This document shows positions 1 to 11,565 of a DNA stretch of 64,000 nucleotides, piece after piece; within the stretch, counting starts at the first letter, position 1; every line of letters begins with the position of its first letter. The position numbers and the translations under genes are program-made. The notes below the pieces were generated by a model that saw only the letters and a list, made by a program, of their open reading frames with translations, did no database searches and was not told the DNA's origin. The stretch comes from Lama guanicoe. Lineage: Eukaryota. The DNA is taken from positions 2,870,399-2,934,398 of the forward strand of contig MU053934.1 of assembly GCA_013239625.1 (NCBI GenBank), read 5' to 3'.

Positions 1-290
1 CAGCTGTGCTTTGGTGAGAGCGGCGCCACGTGCGGACAGACAAGTGTGATTGTGTTTCCTCCCCGAACACCGGGACTGAGATGCCCTCCCCGTTTTGCAC
101 AGGGGGTACAAAGTCTCACAGAATTCCCTCCCTGACTGCGGCCACACAGCAGGCAGGGCAGGCTGAGTCACCCCCTGGTTTTTGGCCCCGATGCCCACGA
201 TCCCTCCGTGATGAGACTCACGGTGGGCCCACTGAGAGGGACGGAATGAATGAGTGAGGACTGAATGAGGGGCTGTCTCCTCCCTCCCAG

Positions 291-426
291 GGGACGAGGC
301 CCAGCCCCAGAACCTCCAGTGCTTTTTCGACGGGGCTGCCCTGCTCAGCTGCTCCTGGGAAGTGAGGTCTGAGGTGACCAGATCTCTCTCCTTCACCCTC
401 TTCTACAAGCCCGGGCCCCATGCAGG
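291..426 (+). CDS. CSF2RB: CSF2RB exon 7 (domain 3, first half)
   Basis: cccag|GGGACGAG...GCAGG|gtgagt; 136 bp; [46 protein letters not shown]. Confidence 0.95.
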
Positions 427-3400
427 GTGAGTGTCCCCTGCCTCTGTCCCCTCCCCTCCTCTAGGCCCTGCCCTCTCCAAGCCTCCTCCTGCCCCTGGGG
501 GCCCAGCCGAAGCCACAGATCATCCCGAGGCCTCATTCCTCGTGTGGCCCTGCCTCCCCGTGTGCTCACCTCTGCCGTGCTCCCCAGGGAGGAAGAATGC
601 GCCCCGGTGCTGAGGGAGGTGACCAGCAGCCCCTTCGTCCGGCACCGGTGCCGGATTCCCGTGCCCGACCCCAGGAGCCACAGCCAGTTCGTCGTCTCTG
701 TTCGACCCAAGGAGGAAGAGAAACTCATCAAGAGCTCAGATAACAGTGAGTCTGTGCCCAGCCTTCTGTGTAGAGTGTCTTGTGTCAGCACAGTTTTGTT
801 TGTAACCCATATAAACTCAGGGTTCCTCATGGCCTAGTCTTCATATTTGTCACTTACAATGAAAGGCAGTCGAGGGAGCAAATTGAACAAAAATAATTTC
901 AATCTTTTTCCAGTCAAAGTGCTCAAGCAGCAATAATACAACAATGACAATGGCAAATAACGTGAAGGAAGATGCAATCGATATTCTTTAAGAACATGCC
1001 TTTGAAATCTTCTTACCTCATTATTTTAGCTCTATTTCCCCCTCCAATTCTGCTGCTGCTGTGAAACTCCACTGCCTACCATGGCCTCCTGGTCCTTCCA
1101 TCAAACTTTCCCTTTCATCTCCTGTTTGGGTTTTTTCTCTTTCAGGTTTCCAAAGTCCTCCCCTGACTGATGTTTTCAGTCTTCAAAGTGATTGATCTAT
1201 GATTTACTTCTTCGACTGGGGACGAGTGCACATGCAATTAGACTAGTTTCTTGCAGGTTAAGATCCCTGATTCCTGTTATGCAGCAAGTACCTCATGCAA
1301 AGGAATCTCCTACATCGCTTCATGATGGCCAAGTTCTTCCCTCCGCTCTTTAGTGTGTGTCAGAGGCAGCAGCCAATCTGTCTTAGTCGCCTGGGTTTGA
1401 ATGCACTACTTACTCTCTGGGATCTTCCAGATTGCAATCTTTGTCTCTGCCACTTGTTACTGGCCTGTCCTTGTCAACGTGTTTTCATTCCGGGGCTCAG
1501 TTCTTTGTCTGAAAAAATTCATTAAGTGTACCTAGTACCTAGTGTTTTTGTTGAAATGGAGTGAAATTGCTCATGTAGATTTAGTATATATAATAGTGCC
1601 TAGAACATGGTCAATACTCTAGAATACAATAAATTAATAGTAATTTATTTCTACTTAAATACTAGGAGTAAATCGTGCTTTGGGTCACCTCACTACAAAA
1701 CAAGTGTATCTCAGCATCTCCCGAGAGAAGGGGGTCTCGGGTCAAAATGGATGACATGATGAAGTGGGGGTGCAAATACCCTGAGATGAGTGGGACCTGG
1801 GGTCCTGTGTCAGTGGAGAGAGCATCTGTCACCAGCATGGAACACAAGGAACGTTCCATGGGAGGAATGTTAGGAGCGATGTTCCCTAAAAGTTCCCCTT
1901 CCTCCAGTCCAGATGGCTCCCCCGACCCTCAACGTGACCAAGGGTAGAGATGGCTACATCCTGCACTGGAAAGAAGAAGAAATGCACTATTCACACATAG
2001 GTTGCATCTTCCAGGTCCAGTACAAGAAAGATGAAGAGACATGGGAGGTGAGGGCCTGTGCCTGGGGAGGGACCAGGATGGGGGGAAGGGACATTGCGAC
2101 AACACTGGGGACAGTGCCACCTGCTGGATGCCTGGCTCCCAGCAGGCGACCAGTCAGAGGGAACCACTGACTTGGTGGTCATGCCCCTGTGCGGTCAGCC
2201 AGTCAATGTCCCATCCCTTGGTGAAGGAGCTGAGACTCACAGAGCTGATGTGACTTGGCCAAGGTGAACATGTGACCCTGACTGCAAAGGGGACGTAGCC
2301 GTCAGGACGGGGAGGGCGGAGAGGCAGCTGCATGAAAGGTTTTCAAAAGTCATAAAGGGGGCGTTTCTTCATAAAAATCTCATGGAGAAAGCAAATGTGC
2401 AGCTGCTACGGGGAGAGCGGCTCCTGGTGAGGCAGGCAGGGCCCCAGCCCGGGGTTCAGCATCCGGCCCCCACCCTCAGGGCCTGCATGCAGACCCTGGG
2501 GCTCGACAGAACCCAGATCAGAAACTTCAGAGCCAGCTTCAGACTTTCAGGCTGGAAATGGGGAAACTGAGGCCAGGAGAGGGTGGGTCAGTGGTGGAGC
2601 TGGGAGTGGTCCCCTGGCTCATGAACATCTGTCTAAGGGTCCAGAGCCCAGTCATCCTGCACCACATTCCTGGGAAGGCCATAACTGGGGTCCAGGCTGC
2701 CCCAGGAGGAACTGGGAGATTGAGGGGATCCCAAAGTGGCAGGGGGAGGGTGGCATGGTGACTCGTCAGAGTTTCTGCTCCTCGGTGTTGTCATATGTCA
2801 CAGAGTTGCAGTGCAAGAGGTGCTGTCTCTGTGCCCATCCGGGTGCTGTCCTTCTTTGGCCCTGGAGTGTGGTCCTCCATGGTGGGAGTCATGTTGCCTC
2901 AGATTGGGGGACATGACTACAAGCTGGGGGACTGATGGGGAGCAGGAAAGCTGGGGTGATGAGGTGGGAGGGCTCTGTAGCTGTGCCCACGTGCGCCAGG
3001 CACAAGCACACCTGCCACCTGCACCCACAGGAGACCAAGACGGAGCTCTTCCAGAATGCGCACAACATGCCCCTGCCACCTCTGGAGCCCGCCACCAGGT
3101 ACCAGGCCAGAGTAAGAGTCAAACCCAACCCCAGTGGCTACAACGGGATCTGGAGCGAGTGGAGTGAGGAGCGCTCCTGGGACACTGAGTGGGGTACGTC
3201 TCCATGGCCCCCATCTGCCCCTCCTGGTACACCCCCTCTGGGCAGAGGATGGAGGTGATATGGACACAGAGATGTGACTTCATCCCACACCAGCATCCTT
3301 CCCTCCCAGATGTCATTAGCATTTAGAAGTGACACCTTGTGTGCAACACAGACTGCAGGTGAGGTCTTGAGAGGGCAGAGGAAAGCATGTCACACCCACA

Positions 3401-6400
3401 TTTCTCCCTCAGACTGGACCTTAGCCCTCTATTAATGTGACCCATGCTTTCATTAGCCTTTGTGGCAGCTATCACCCAGGGACCACTCAGCCTGAGTTTT
3501 TCTGTTGCCATGACAGCAAGCATGAGGAGCTACAGACTGGGGCTTGGGATTGGAAGGCTCTGTACTTGCTACTTTCATTTATCCTTCACCATCACCATAG
3601 TGACCACCAGGAGACAGTACAAGACTAAGTCCATGAGGTGGTTGCAGAGAGGGGGTGAAGTGTTGGCTGCAAGGTCCTCTGTCCCAATCACCTTAGCAGG
3701 GAAAGAGCCCCCAGGAAGAGGGCCACAATCAAATAGAAAGGAGGCCTGGACCACTGGACCTAAGGGAAAGAGACCAGGGGAGTCCAGGAGGGGCCTCCTT
3801 GTGAGGGGCTAGAAGCTGCTAAGCAGAAAGTTGTGGGGGCCCCTGATGGGCCTTTGCACCTTCAGGTTCCTCCACCATCACTGTTTCTCCATCTCTGGCT
3901 CTCCAGTCCTCCCTGTCCTTGATGACCACCTTATATGCTACCTCCTTCAGGAAGTCCCCTGTGATTGCCACTGGTGGCAGTCGCTGGCCTCATGCAGCAA
4001 CTCCTGCTACTGAACAGGCTCTAACCCTCTGTATCCTGCCAGCAGTTGAACTTTATGGGTGGTTCAGACAAAGGCCCTCTTCTTCTTAGCATGTTTCTGG
4101 TCTCCTCTCCTCCTCTGCGCCCCACGATGGTGATGTCACCCAAACTCCTGAGCCTCCAGCCCTTTCCCTCCCCAGATGCTAATGCGCCTTCTTCCTTCCT
4201 GTCTTCCCTAAAGTGCTGCCCACCTGGTTCCTGGCCCTCATCCTAGTGGTCATCACCCTCATCCTGCTCATGGCCCTGCGCTTCTGTGGCATCTACGGGT
4301 ACAGGTAAGGGGACTCCTTCATGTGTAGGGGGAGAGACCACTCAGGACCCCCAGGGGGCACCAGGGACCCCACAGCTGACTTACTCAAGTCTCTGCTCTG
4401 CAATCCACACCCTGTGGGGCCTTGGACAAATCCCGTCCTCTCACTGAGCTCAGTTTCACATCTGTACGTGAGCACGAGACAGCTTCCTAAGGTCTAGGGC
4501 AGCTGTCACCTCCCTGTTGTCTTTCCAGGCTGAACCAGAAGTGGGAAGAGAAAATCCCCAATCCCAGCAAGAGCCACCTGTTTCAGGTAGGAGCTGTTGT
4601 GAGGGCGGCAGAGGTGCTGGGGGCCAGTGCTCCTGTGACCATGTCCTCAGACCATGTTCTCCTCACCTGCCTTTGAAGAAACTGGGCTCTGAGTGCTTTG
4701 AGTCAGGGGTGTAGGTGGCAGGGAAGTGCTGGGAAGCGCTGAGGGTTGGGGCAGCCCCTGCAAGCCCAGCACGGCAATGCCCCAGGTCCCACAGCTGCAT
4801 GAGGCGCCCTGCCCGGGGGACTCCCGTGGAGCAGGAGAGATGGCTGGTGTGGGGATGCCAGGACCCAGGGGGCCCAAGGAGGGGCTTAGTCTTGCCAGGG
4901 GGCAGGTGCGGTGCTGGGAGGCAGAATGGCTTCCCGAGGGCAGGACAGTAGAGCTGAGCTTTGAAGGATCCAGGGTGGTGGCCGGAGGGAGAGGTCGCTG
5001 CACGCCGAAGGGAAGCATGTGGAGGGTGGAGACAAGACTCCCTCAGGAAGGGAACTGAGGGGGCTGGGCAGTGAGGCTGGGGGTGCATCTCAGGAGGCAG
5101 GAACAGGAGCAAAAGGGAATCAGAGCCCTTGGGTCAGGCAGGCAAGGCGGGAACTGCCTTGAGAGCGTCTGGTGACCAGTGTGGAGAAGGTGAGGTTGCA
5201 GGCAGAGAGATTGCAGACTAGCTTACTCATGGGAACAGGGTCCCTGTCCTTGGATACCCCATGACCCCGGGGGAGTCCCAGCCCCTCTCTGGCCTCATCT
5301 CCCTGATGTCAGGAGGCTGTGGCCGGTCCTGCTCATGCTGAGATTCTGCTGTGTCTGGGGGCTCCTGAATCTCCACCACCCTCATCACCCTTCCCCCATC
5401 TGCACCTTCTCCATCACCCCGACTCCTGAAGTCACAAATGTCCTTTCTCTTCCCAGAACGGGACTGCAGGACTCCGGCTCCCAGACAACATGTCCATCCT
5501 CACCAGCGGGAGCTGCCCACACAAGGGGCTGTGGAGCAGCAGCTACCCTGAGCTGGACGAGTGAGTGTGGGGCCTGGGATCCCTAGGAGTTGGGAGGGTG
5601 GACTCACCCTGCACATCACGGGCTCAGAGGAGGTGGTCTTGGACTGGGGTTCAGGATGAGGAGATCCATGGAGGCTGGTGGCTCAAAAGCAAGAGGTATC
5701 CCAGTTAGACATCGAGAAGAACTTCCTGATTCCCAAGTTAGCAAGGGCTTGACCTCACACTTGACCAGAGGCAGGAGACTGGACCAGATGGCCTCCCCTC
5801 TTCCTGCTGCCCAGGCAGACCCCACCCTGCCTTGGCCCTACTGGGTGGCGGAGGCTCTGGGAACCCCATGGCCTCAGCACCTGAGCCATCAGCTCACCAC
5901 TAACCTCAGGGGAGGGAGGTGAAGGACATGGAAATGGCTGAGCCCAGGTCGGGCACTGACCTGGGCCCTGAAGCTGGGTGATGTCAAGGAGCAGAGGGTG
6001 AGCAGGGCCACACTTGGTGGAGGCTGGCTTTGAGCAAGAGCATGGGGGCTGGGGAGCGAGATCCTCGGGGGCTGAAGGAGCGCCTGGTTTCCTGCTCTGG
6101 GCCTGCTCCCCCCCTTGCCCTGCCCTGTGTTTTCTGTGAGGCCCCACCCCGGGCGGAGGCGGGGGGCAGGGCATGAGCTGAGGCATCTGCCAGGGATGGT
6201 CCTGACATCTATGCCCCTGTTCACCCCACAGGGTGTCCCATGTAGACTACAGGCACAGTGAGGTGTCGCCTCTCACCACAGAGGACCCTAAAGATGCTTG
6301 TGACTCATCACGTGAGACTACCATGACTCTGGCCACCTCGGATGTCCCCACGGAGCAGCCTGGATGTCCCCACGGAGCAGTCCCCCAGCCCTCCACCAGG

Positions 6401-7382
6401 CCTGGCAGCCCCCTCAGGCCAGCCTGAGAGCCAGGTTTCCAGCTTTGACTTCAATGGTCCCTACCTGGGGCCGCCCCACAGCCGCTCCCTGCCTGACATC
6501 GTGGGCCAGCAGGTGCCCCCACAGACAGATGTGAGCAGGAGGCCACCGCCCCCAGGGTCCCTGGAGTACCTGTGTCTGCCCCCAGGGGGGCAGGTGCAGC
6601 TGGTCCCGCTGGCCCAGGTGACGGGGCAGGGCGAGGCCAGGGATGCGGAGAGGAGGTCCAGCCCCGGGGCCGAGGGGAGTCCCTCCATGGAGTCTGGGGC
6701 GCGCCCCGCCCCTCCGGAGCCTGGGCGAAAGGTGGGCGGTCAGGGCCTGGAGGACAGGGCCCCCGCAGTTCTGCCCACTGGCTCTCGGGGTCCTGAGGAT
6801 GGTGTCGTGGCCTCTGGTTATGTCACCACTGCAGACCTGACATTCACCCGGCCCGCAGGGACCCCGTCTGCCTCCCAGGCTCCCCCTCTGGGCCTCCCCT
6901 CAGACCAGAACCCCAACTTCTGTCCTGGACTGGCTGATGGGGCCCCTGCACCCACAGCCCTGCTGAAGCCAGAGTATGAGGGCTATGTGGAGCTCCCTCC
7001 AAAGATGACCCAGTTTCCCCAGTCCCCTGTGGCCAGTTCTGCCCCTCCTGTAGCCAGCAGCTCCTTCCTGAGCCCAGGGCAGCCCCGGGCAGATGTGTCT
7101 CCAGCCTCTCCAACCCCCGAGGGGCTCCTGGTCCTGCAGCAGGTGGGTGACTATTGCTTCCTCCCTGGCCTGGGATCTGGCCCTCTCTGCCCCCAGAGTA
7201 AGCCCACTTCCCCGGGACCCTGTCCTGAGATCAAAGACCACAACCAGGTGTTCCAGGCCAAGAAGCCGCTGTCTCAGGCCCTCCCGCAGGTGCCGGCCAT
7301 TCAGCTCTTCAAAGCCCTGAAGCAGCAGGACTACCTGTCCCTGCCTCCCTGGGATGTCAGCAGGCCCGGGGAGGTGTGCTGA
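291..7382 (+). CDS. CSF2RB: Cytokine receptor common beta chain, canonical copy, exons 7-14 (5' part outside window); apparent 22-bp frameshifting duplication in last exon
   Basis: Spliced exons 291-426, 588-745, 1908-2047, 3031-3193, 4214-4304, 4529-4586, 5457-5560 and 6232-7382, all GT-AG with compatible phases. They encode [20 protein letters not shown], a TM helix, Box1 [21 protein letters not shown] and C-terminal [19 protein letters not shown], typical of beta-c. Confidence 0.96.
588..745 (+). CDS. CSF2RB: CSF2RB exon 8 (domain 3, second half)
   Basis: cccag|GGAGGAAG...TAACA|gtgagt; 158 bp; [52 protein letters not shown]. Confidence 0.95.
1908..2047 (+). CDS. CSF2RB: CSF2RB exon 9 (domain 4, includes B-C ligand loop)
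   Basis: ctccag|TCCAGATG...TGGGAG|gtgagg; 140 bp; [47 protein letters not shown]. Confidence 0.95.
3031..3193 (+). CDS. CSF2RB: CSF2RB exon 10 (domain 4, WSXWS)
   Basis: cacag|GAGACC...TGGG|gtacgt; 163 bp; ...[19 protein letters not shown]. Confidence 0.95.
4214..4304 (+). CDS. CSF2RB: CSF2RB exon 11 (transmembrane)
   Basis: taaag|TGCTGCCC...TACAG|gtaagg; 91 bp; [31 protein letters not shown]. Confidence 0.94.
4529..4586 (+). CDS. CSF2RB: CSF2RB exon 12 (Box1)
   Basis: ttccag|GCTGAAC...TTTCAG|gtagga; 58 bp; [19 protein letters not shown]. Confidence 0.94.
5457..5560 (+). CDS. CSF2RB: CSF2RB exon 13
   Basis: cccag|AACGGG...GACGA|gtgagt; 104 bp; [35 protein letters not shown]. Confidence 0.93.
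6232..7382 (+). CDS. CSF2RB: CSF2RB exon 14 coding part (Box2 and tyrosine-containing tail), split by a frameshift at 6340-6383
   Basis: cacag|GGTGTCC. The entry frame ([10 protein letters not shown]) stops at 6427. The beta-c tail (FDFNGPY...GEVC*) continues in another frame to the stop at 7382. Confidence 0.92.
6340..6383 (+). repeat. 22-bp tandem duplication in CSF2RB exon 14
   Basis: GGATGTCCCCACGGAGCAGCCT followed by GGATGTCCCCACGGAGCAGTCC; single copy in the paralog. Confidence 0.95.
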
Positions 7383-7614
7383 CGCCCTGCAGACCCTGGG
7401 GGAGGGGAGTAAAAGGAGAAGTTCTGCCTTCCCTCCCGCCCTGCCTTTCTCTCCTGCCAGCCTCTGGTCCCTTCCACGGCCACTTCTGCAAAGCCAAGGA
7501 GAAGCTTCCATGTTGCACCACATAGAGACCAGAAAGACGAGTCAACCATCTACCTCCTCCCTTGACCTTCAGCAAGGTCAAGCTTCTCTCCTCTCCCTCT
7601 CTGTCTCTCTATCT

Positions 7615-7638
7615 CACACACACACACACACACACACA
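7615..7638. repeat. (CA)n microsatellite in CSF2RB 3' UTR
   Basis: About 12 CA units. Confidence 0.9.
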
Positions 7639-9285
7639 CCTTTCTTTCAAGTTAACGTATTTTACGTTCTGAATTATTCGAGCTTTCCACACAGATCCAT
7701 TTCATTTGCCTTCATTTGCCTTTCTACCTGGTTTCCTTACTTTTACTCTTCTTTCTCTCTTCACCGATTTATTATTCGAGTGAGTCTGAGGTCTGAGCTA
7801 AGCCTATTCTGAGGTGTCCTGTCTCCACCAGAGCCTATTCTGATGCTGAAGTGCCTGGCTGCGTGGAGGGCTTCTGTCTGTCCCCAGGAGGCAGGAATGC
7901 ACAGGACAGGTTCCAGCCCAAGGGCAGGAGGCAGGAGGCAGGAGGTTCGGGGTGGGGGCCTTAGGGGTTTAAGGCTTGGAAGAGCAGCCCAGGGCCGGGC
8001 ATCCTTATGTCAGGCACCGTAGCCCCAGACACGGTGACAAAGCACCAGTCTTGAGCATCACTCCAAGAACTGGGAGTGGCTTGGGAAGGACTGTTCAGAG
8101 CTCCTGGGAAGCCCTGCTGGTCTCATCGAGGTAACGGGGGATCCTCAGGGACTGCAGGTCCTGCATCATGTGGAGACCACTGACCTGAGCAGTGGGCAGC
8201 TCTGGTTCTTGGCTGAAGTGCTCTCCCTCCTACACCCCGGGGCCTGGGGAAATTCGGGAGAGAGAAGGGTCCAGAACCCACGTCTACTGTAGAAAAGCTG
8301 GAAAAAGGAAAATGATCCAAGGGCAGGGACTCTTTAAAGCGTATAGTCTGAATCATCTGACTCCTTCCAGAAAGATCTGACGACTCCCGCCCCCACCAGC
8401 CACGTACGAGGGGCTTCACTGGGGGTCGTGATCCTTTCACAGCTTTGCTTTGCTGATACGCAAAAAGAAAAACATGGCATTAGATTGTTCTAATTTGCAT
8501 TATTTGATAACTCTCAAGTTTGCACATATTTTCGTATTTTTGGGGCGTTTGTATGTTTCTACTGGGCTAAGCCCGTGAAGGTCTTTGTCCTGTCGGATGT
8601 TCACCTTTTTCTGACTAAGTTTAAAAAACGATTTACCTGTCTATGGCTTTTCAGGGATGATGCAAATTTGTTTTCCTATTTTGTGGTTGGTCTGTGCATT
8701 TCGTCTGCAAAGCTTTGGGGTATACAGAGTGTAGGCTTGTCCATGTGGTCCAATAGCTCTACGGGTGAATGGCTTCACGGCTCCTCTTTTGATGTGAGAT
8801 TCATAAGGGTCTCCGCCACTTCAAAATCACATTTGTCCTAAGTTATGTTTTTTGGGTTCGTTTTGCTTTCAAGATTTTGATGTAAAAATTGTAATGATTT
8901 GGGGAGGTACGCATGTGGGATGGAGAGCTGACTTATCTGGTTCCCCAAAATGAGTAGCCCAGGTATTCTGGCATCATTGGTTGAATCACCCCTTCTTCGT
9001 CCATGTATCTGAAATGCCACTTGGCTTTACCATTTGTTTTAATAAGTGGCAGAGCAAATGTTCTGGTTCCTTTTGTCCACAAATCCCTGTTCATTACAGC
9101 AATGTTGGTGGTGGGAGAAAATGATAAACAACTTAAATTTTCACCAATAATGAAATTAATCACATTTGAGATCCTAAGGTGGAATCCTGTGTTAAAAATG
9201 AATAAAGTGAACCCACATGCATTAGGAGGAAGTCCAAGATATTAATTGCCAATTGTTCAGACATTGTTAGCTGAAAAAAAATTGC

Positions 9286-9291
9286 AATAAA
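9286..9291 (+). terminator. Candidate polyadenylation signal for + strand CSF2RB
   Basis: AATAAA about 1.9 kb after the stop, followed by a GT-rich tract (about 9328-9345); alternative AATAAA at 9201. Confidence 0.4.
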
Positions 9292-10049
9292 ATATTTTTT
9301 ATTATAAAACAAAACCAAACCCTAAATGTGTGTATGTGTGTTGAGGTGGCTGGGGAGGGGTGCTGTTTGAAAGCACAGTTGCAGTAAGGAGGTAGAATTC
9401 TGTTCAGCAGAAGGGCCTTTGGTCTTTGAGGTGCTACAGTGAGTTACGGACAGTTTCAGTGAGAATAGAAATGCTGTATCTAACAGAGTGAGAAGCAGGT
9501 GGCACGCCCAGGACAAGCCAGGAGGGAGTAAGGGAAGCAGACAGGCGTTGGGGGAGAGGAATATAAAGGATACATTCACTTTAAAAAAAAAAAGTATTCT
9601 TTATTATCTGAAATTCAAATCTAACTGGACATCCTGTGTTTGGTCTCCAGTGAGAGTGGAGAAATAGAAAGAGACTGAATTCTCCATAAAAATGGATGAG
9701 AATTATTAACAGCTTACTCTTGGCAGGCCCTGCTCAATTGACTTAAGGGATCACCACCCTCTGAGGCAGGTACTATATCTTTATCATACTCTTTTTGTAA
9801 GTGGGGAAACAAAAGCACAGAGAGGTTGTATAACTTGCCCCAGGTCAACCAGCCGGTGGGTGACAGAGGTAGGCCTCGAACTCTGGTCCTGTGGTTTAGA
9901 GTCTGCCCTCGAAAGGGAGGTCTCTCACTGGAAGAGCCACACATGAATGTAAGGTGATCCATGTTGCTTGCAAGGCAGAGAAATTTATAAACCGAGCTAG
10001 TTTGGTGGCGGGAGGGAAGACTGAGCCAGAGGTGAGCATAAAAAATGTT

Positions 10050-10055
10050 TTTATT
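10050..10055 (-). terminator. Candidate polyadenylation signal for the paralog
   Basis: TTTATT on + strand (AATAAA on -), about 700 nt past the stop; motif only. Confidence 0.3.
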
Positions 10056-10479
10056 TCTTTGGAAGATAAGTAATGAGGGGGTGGGTTCTCACTCGCTGAT
10101 GTCCTGAGAGACCTTGCAGGTAGGATCTGGTCTCCCTCACCTGTCTGCCCCTGAGGACCCAACCCACAGCCGTGCACATGGCAAGGGACAACTGAGGAAT
10201 TGTCAGACCAACAGCATCAGTGTCACCTGGTAACTCCTGAGAAATACAACCTAGGGGGTGTCTCACCCCAAATCTACGGAATCAAAAGCTCTTTTGCTAT
10301 AACCAGTTCCGCAGTTGACTCTGGTGCAGGATAGTTTGAGAACCACTGCTCTTTACCACAGTGGTCTCTGGACCCCCAGAAAGTTCTGGGGAAGAAGCCA
10401 GAGGACAGAGCAAGGAGGGAGGCGGATGCAGAGCCCCAGCTGAGGCAGGGGAAGTGGCCACACCTCTCCAGGCCTGTTG

Positions 10480-10748
10480 TCACCCCTCAGTGCTGCTGGG
10501 TCCAGCAGTGGCTTCACACTTTGAAGACCCGAGCTTTACTTTGTCCATCATACTTGGACTGGCAAGGGCATCTTGGCCAGGGTCCCTTGGTCTGAGCCCC
10601 CAGCTCCAGGAGTGGAGGGTTGGCCCTGGGAGGAGCCTAGGGAGCTCTAAAGCTGGAGGGGAGGCAATAGTTACCCACAGGCTGTGGGAGGAAAGCTCTT
10701 TGTGGGGTGGAGAGGCTGGGGACACATCTGCCTGGGGGTGCACGTGGC
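10480..10748 (-). pseudogene. Decayed remnant of the distal beta-c tail after the paralog stop codon
   Basis: Out-of-frame degenerate homology ([26 protein letters not shown] versus GGGTGACTATTGCTTCC) to + copy about 7070-7270. Confidence 0.75.
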
Positions 10749-11565
10749 TCAGCTGGGGCTCCTGGCTGCAAGATGGGTAAAACTGACCAGAGGGCACTGG
10801 GGAAACTGGCTCATCATTGGAGGGAGCTCCACATAGCCCTCATACTCTGGCTTCAGCCAGGCAGAGGATACAGGGGGCCCATCAGCCATTCTAGCACAGA
10901 AGCTGGGGTTCTGGTCTGAGGGGAGGCCCAGAGGGGGAGCCTGGGAGGCAGACGGGGTCCCTGCGGGCCGGGTGAATGTCAGATCTGCAGTGGCGACAAA
11001 ACTAGAGGCCACGACACCACCCCTAGGACCCCGAGAGCCAGTGGGCAAAACTGCGGGGGCCCTGTCCTCCAGGCCCTGACCGCCCACCTTTCGTCCAGGC
11101 TCCGGAGGGGCGGGGCGCGCCCCAGACTCCATGGAGGGACTCCCCTCGGCCCCGGGGCTGGACCTCCTCTCCGCATCCCTGGCCTCGCCCTGCCCCGTCA
11201 CCTGGGCCAGCGGGACCAGCTGCACCTGCCCCCCTGGGGGCAGACACAGGTACTCCAGGGACCCTGGGGGCGGTGGCCTCCTGCTCACATCTGTCTGTGG
11301 GGGCACCTGCTGGCCCACGATGTCAGGCAGGGAGCGGCTGTGGGGCAGCCCGAGGTAGGGACCATTGAAGTCAAAGCAGGAAACCTGGCTCTCAGGCTGG
11401 CCTGAGGGGGCTGCCAGACCTGATGGGGGACTGGGAGGCTGCTCTGTGGGGACATCCGAGGTGGCCAGAGTCATGGTAGTCTCACGTGACAAGTCACAAG
11501 CATCTTTAGGGTCCTCTGTGGTGAGAGGTGACACCTCACTGTGCCTGTAGTCCACGGGGGACACC
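10749..11565 (-). CDS. CSF2RB: Paralog exon 14 (cytoplasmic tail, premature stop)
   Basis: [22 protein letters not shown]...[14 protein letters not shown]...LEYLCLP...EGYVELPP...AARSPS*. Confidence 0.92.

Noticed and set aside
5457..6383. Rescue of the 22-bp frameshift by skipping the 104-bp exon 13
   Set aside because: Net change is -82 nt, not a multiple of 3, so the frame is not restored
6342..7382. 346-aa ORF as a standalone gene
   Set aside because: It is the CSF2RB exon 14 tail; its ATG is in frame only because of the 22-bp duplication
6900..7523. 207-aa antisense ORF, and similar antisense ORFs over exons 7-8
   Set aside because: Shadow ORFs of GC-rich coding sequence with no recognisable protein features
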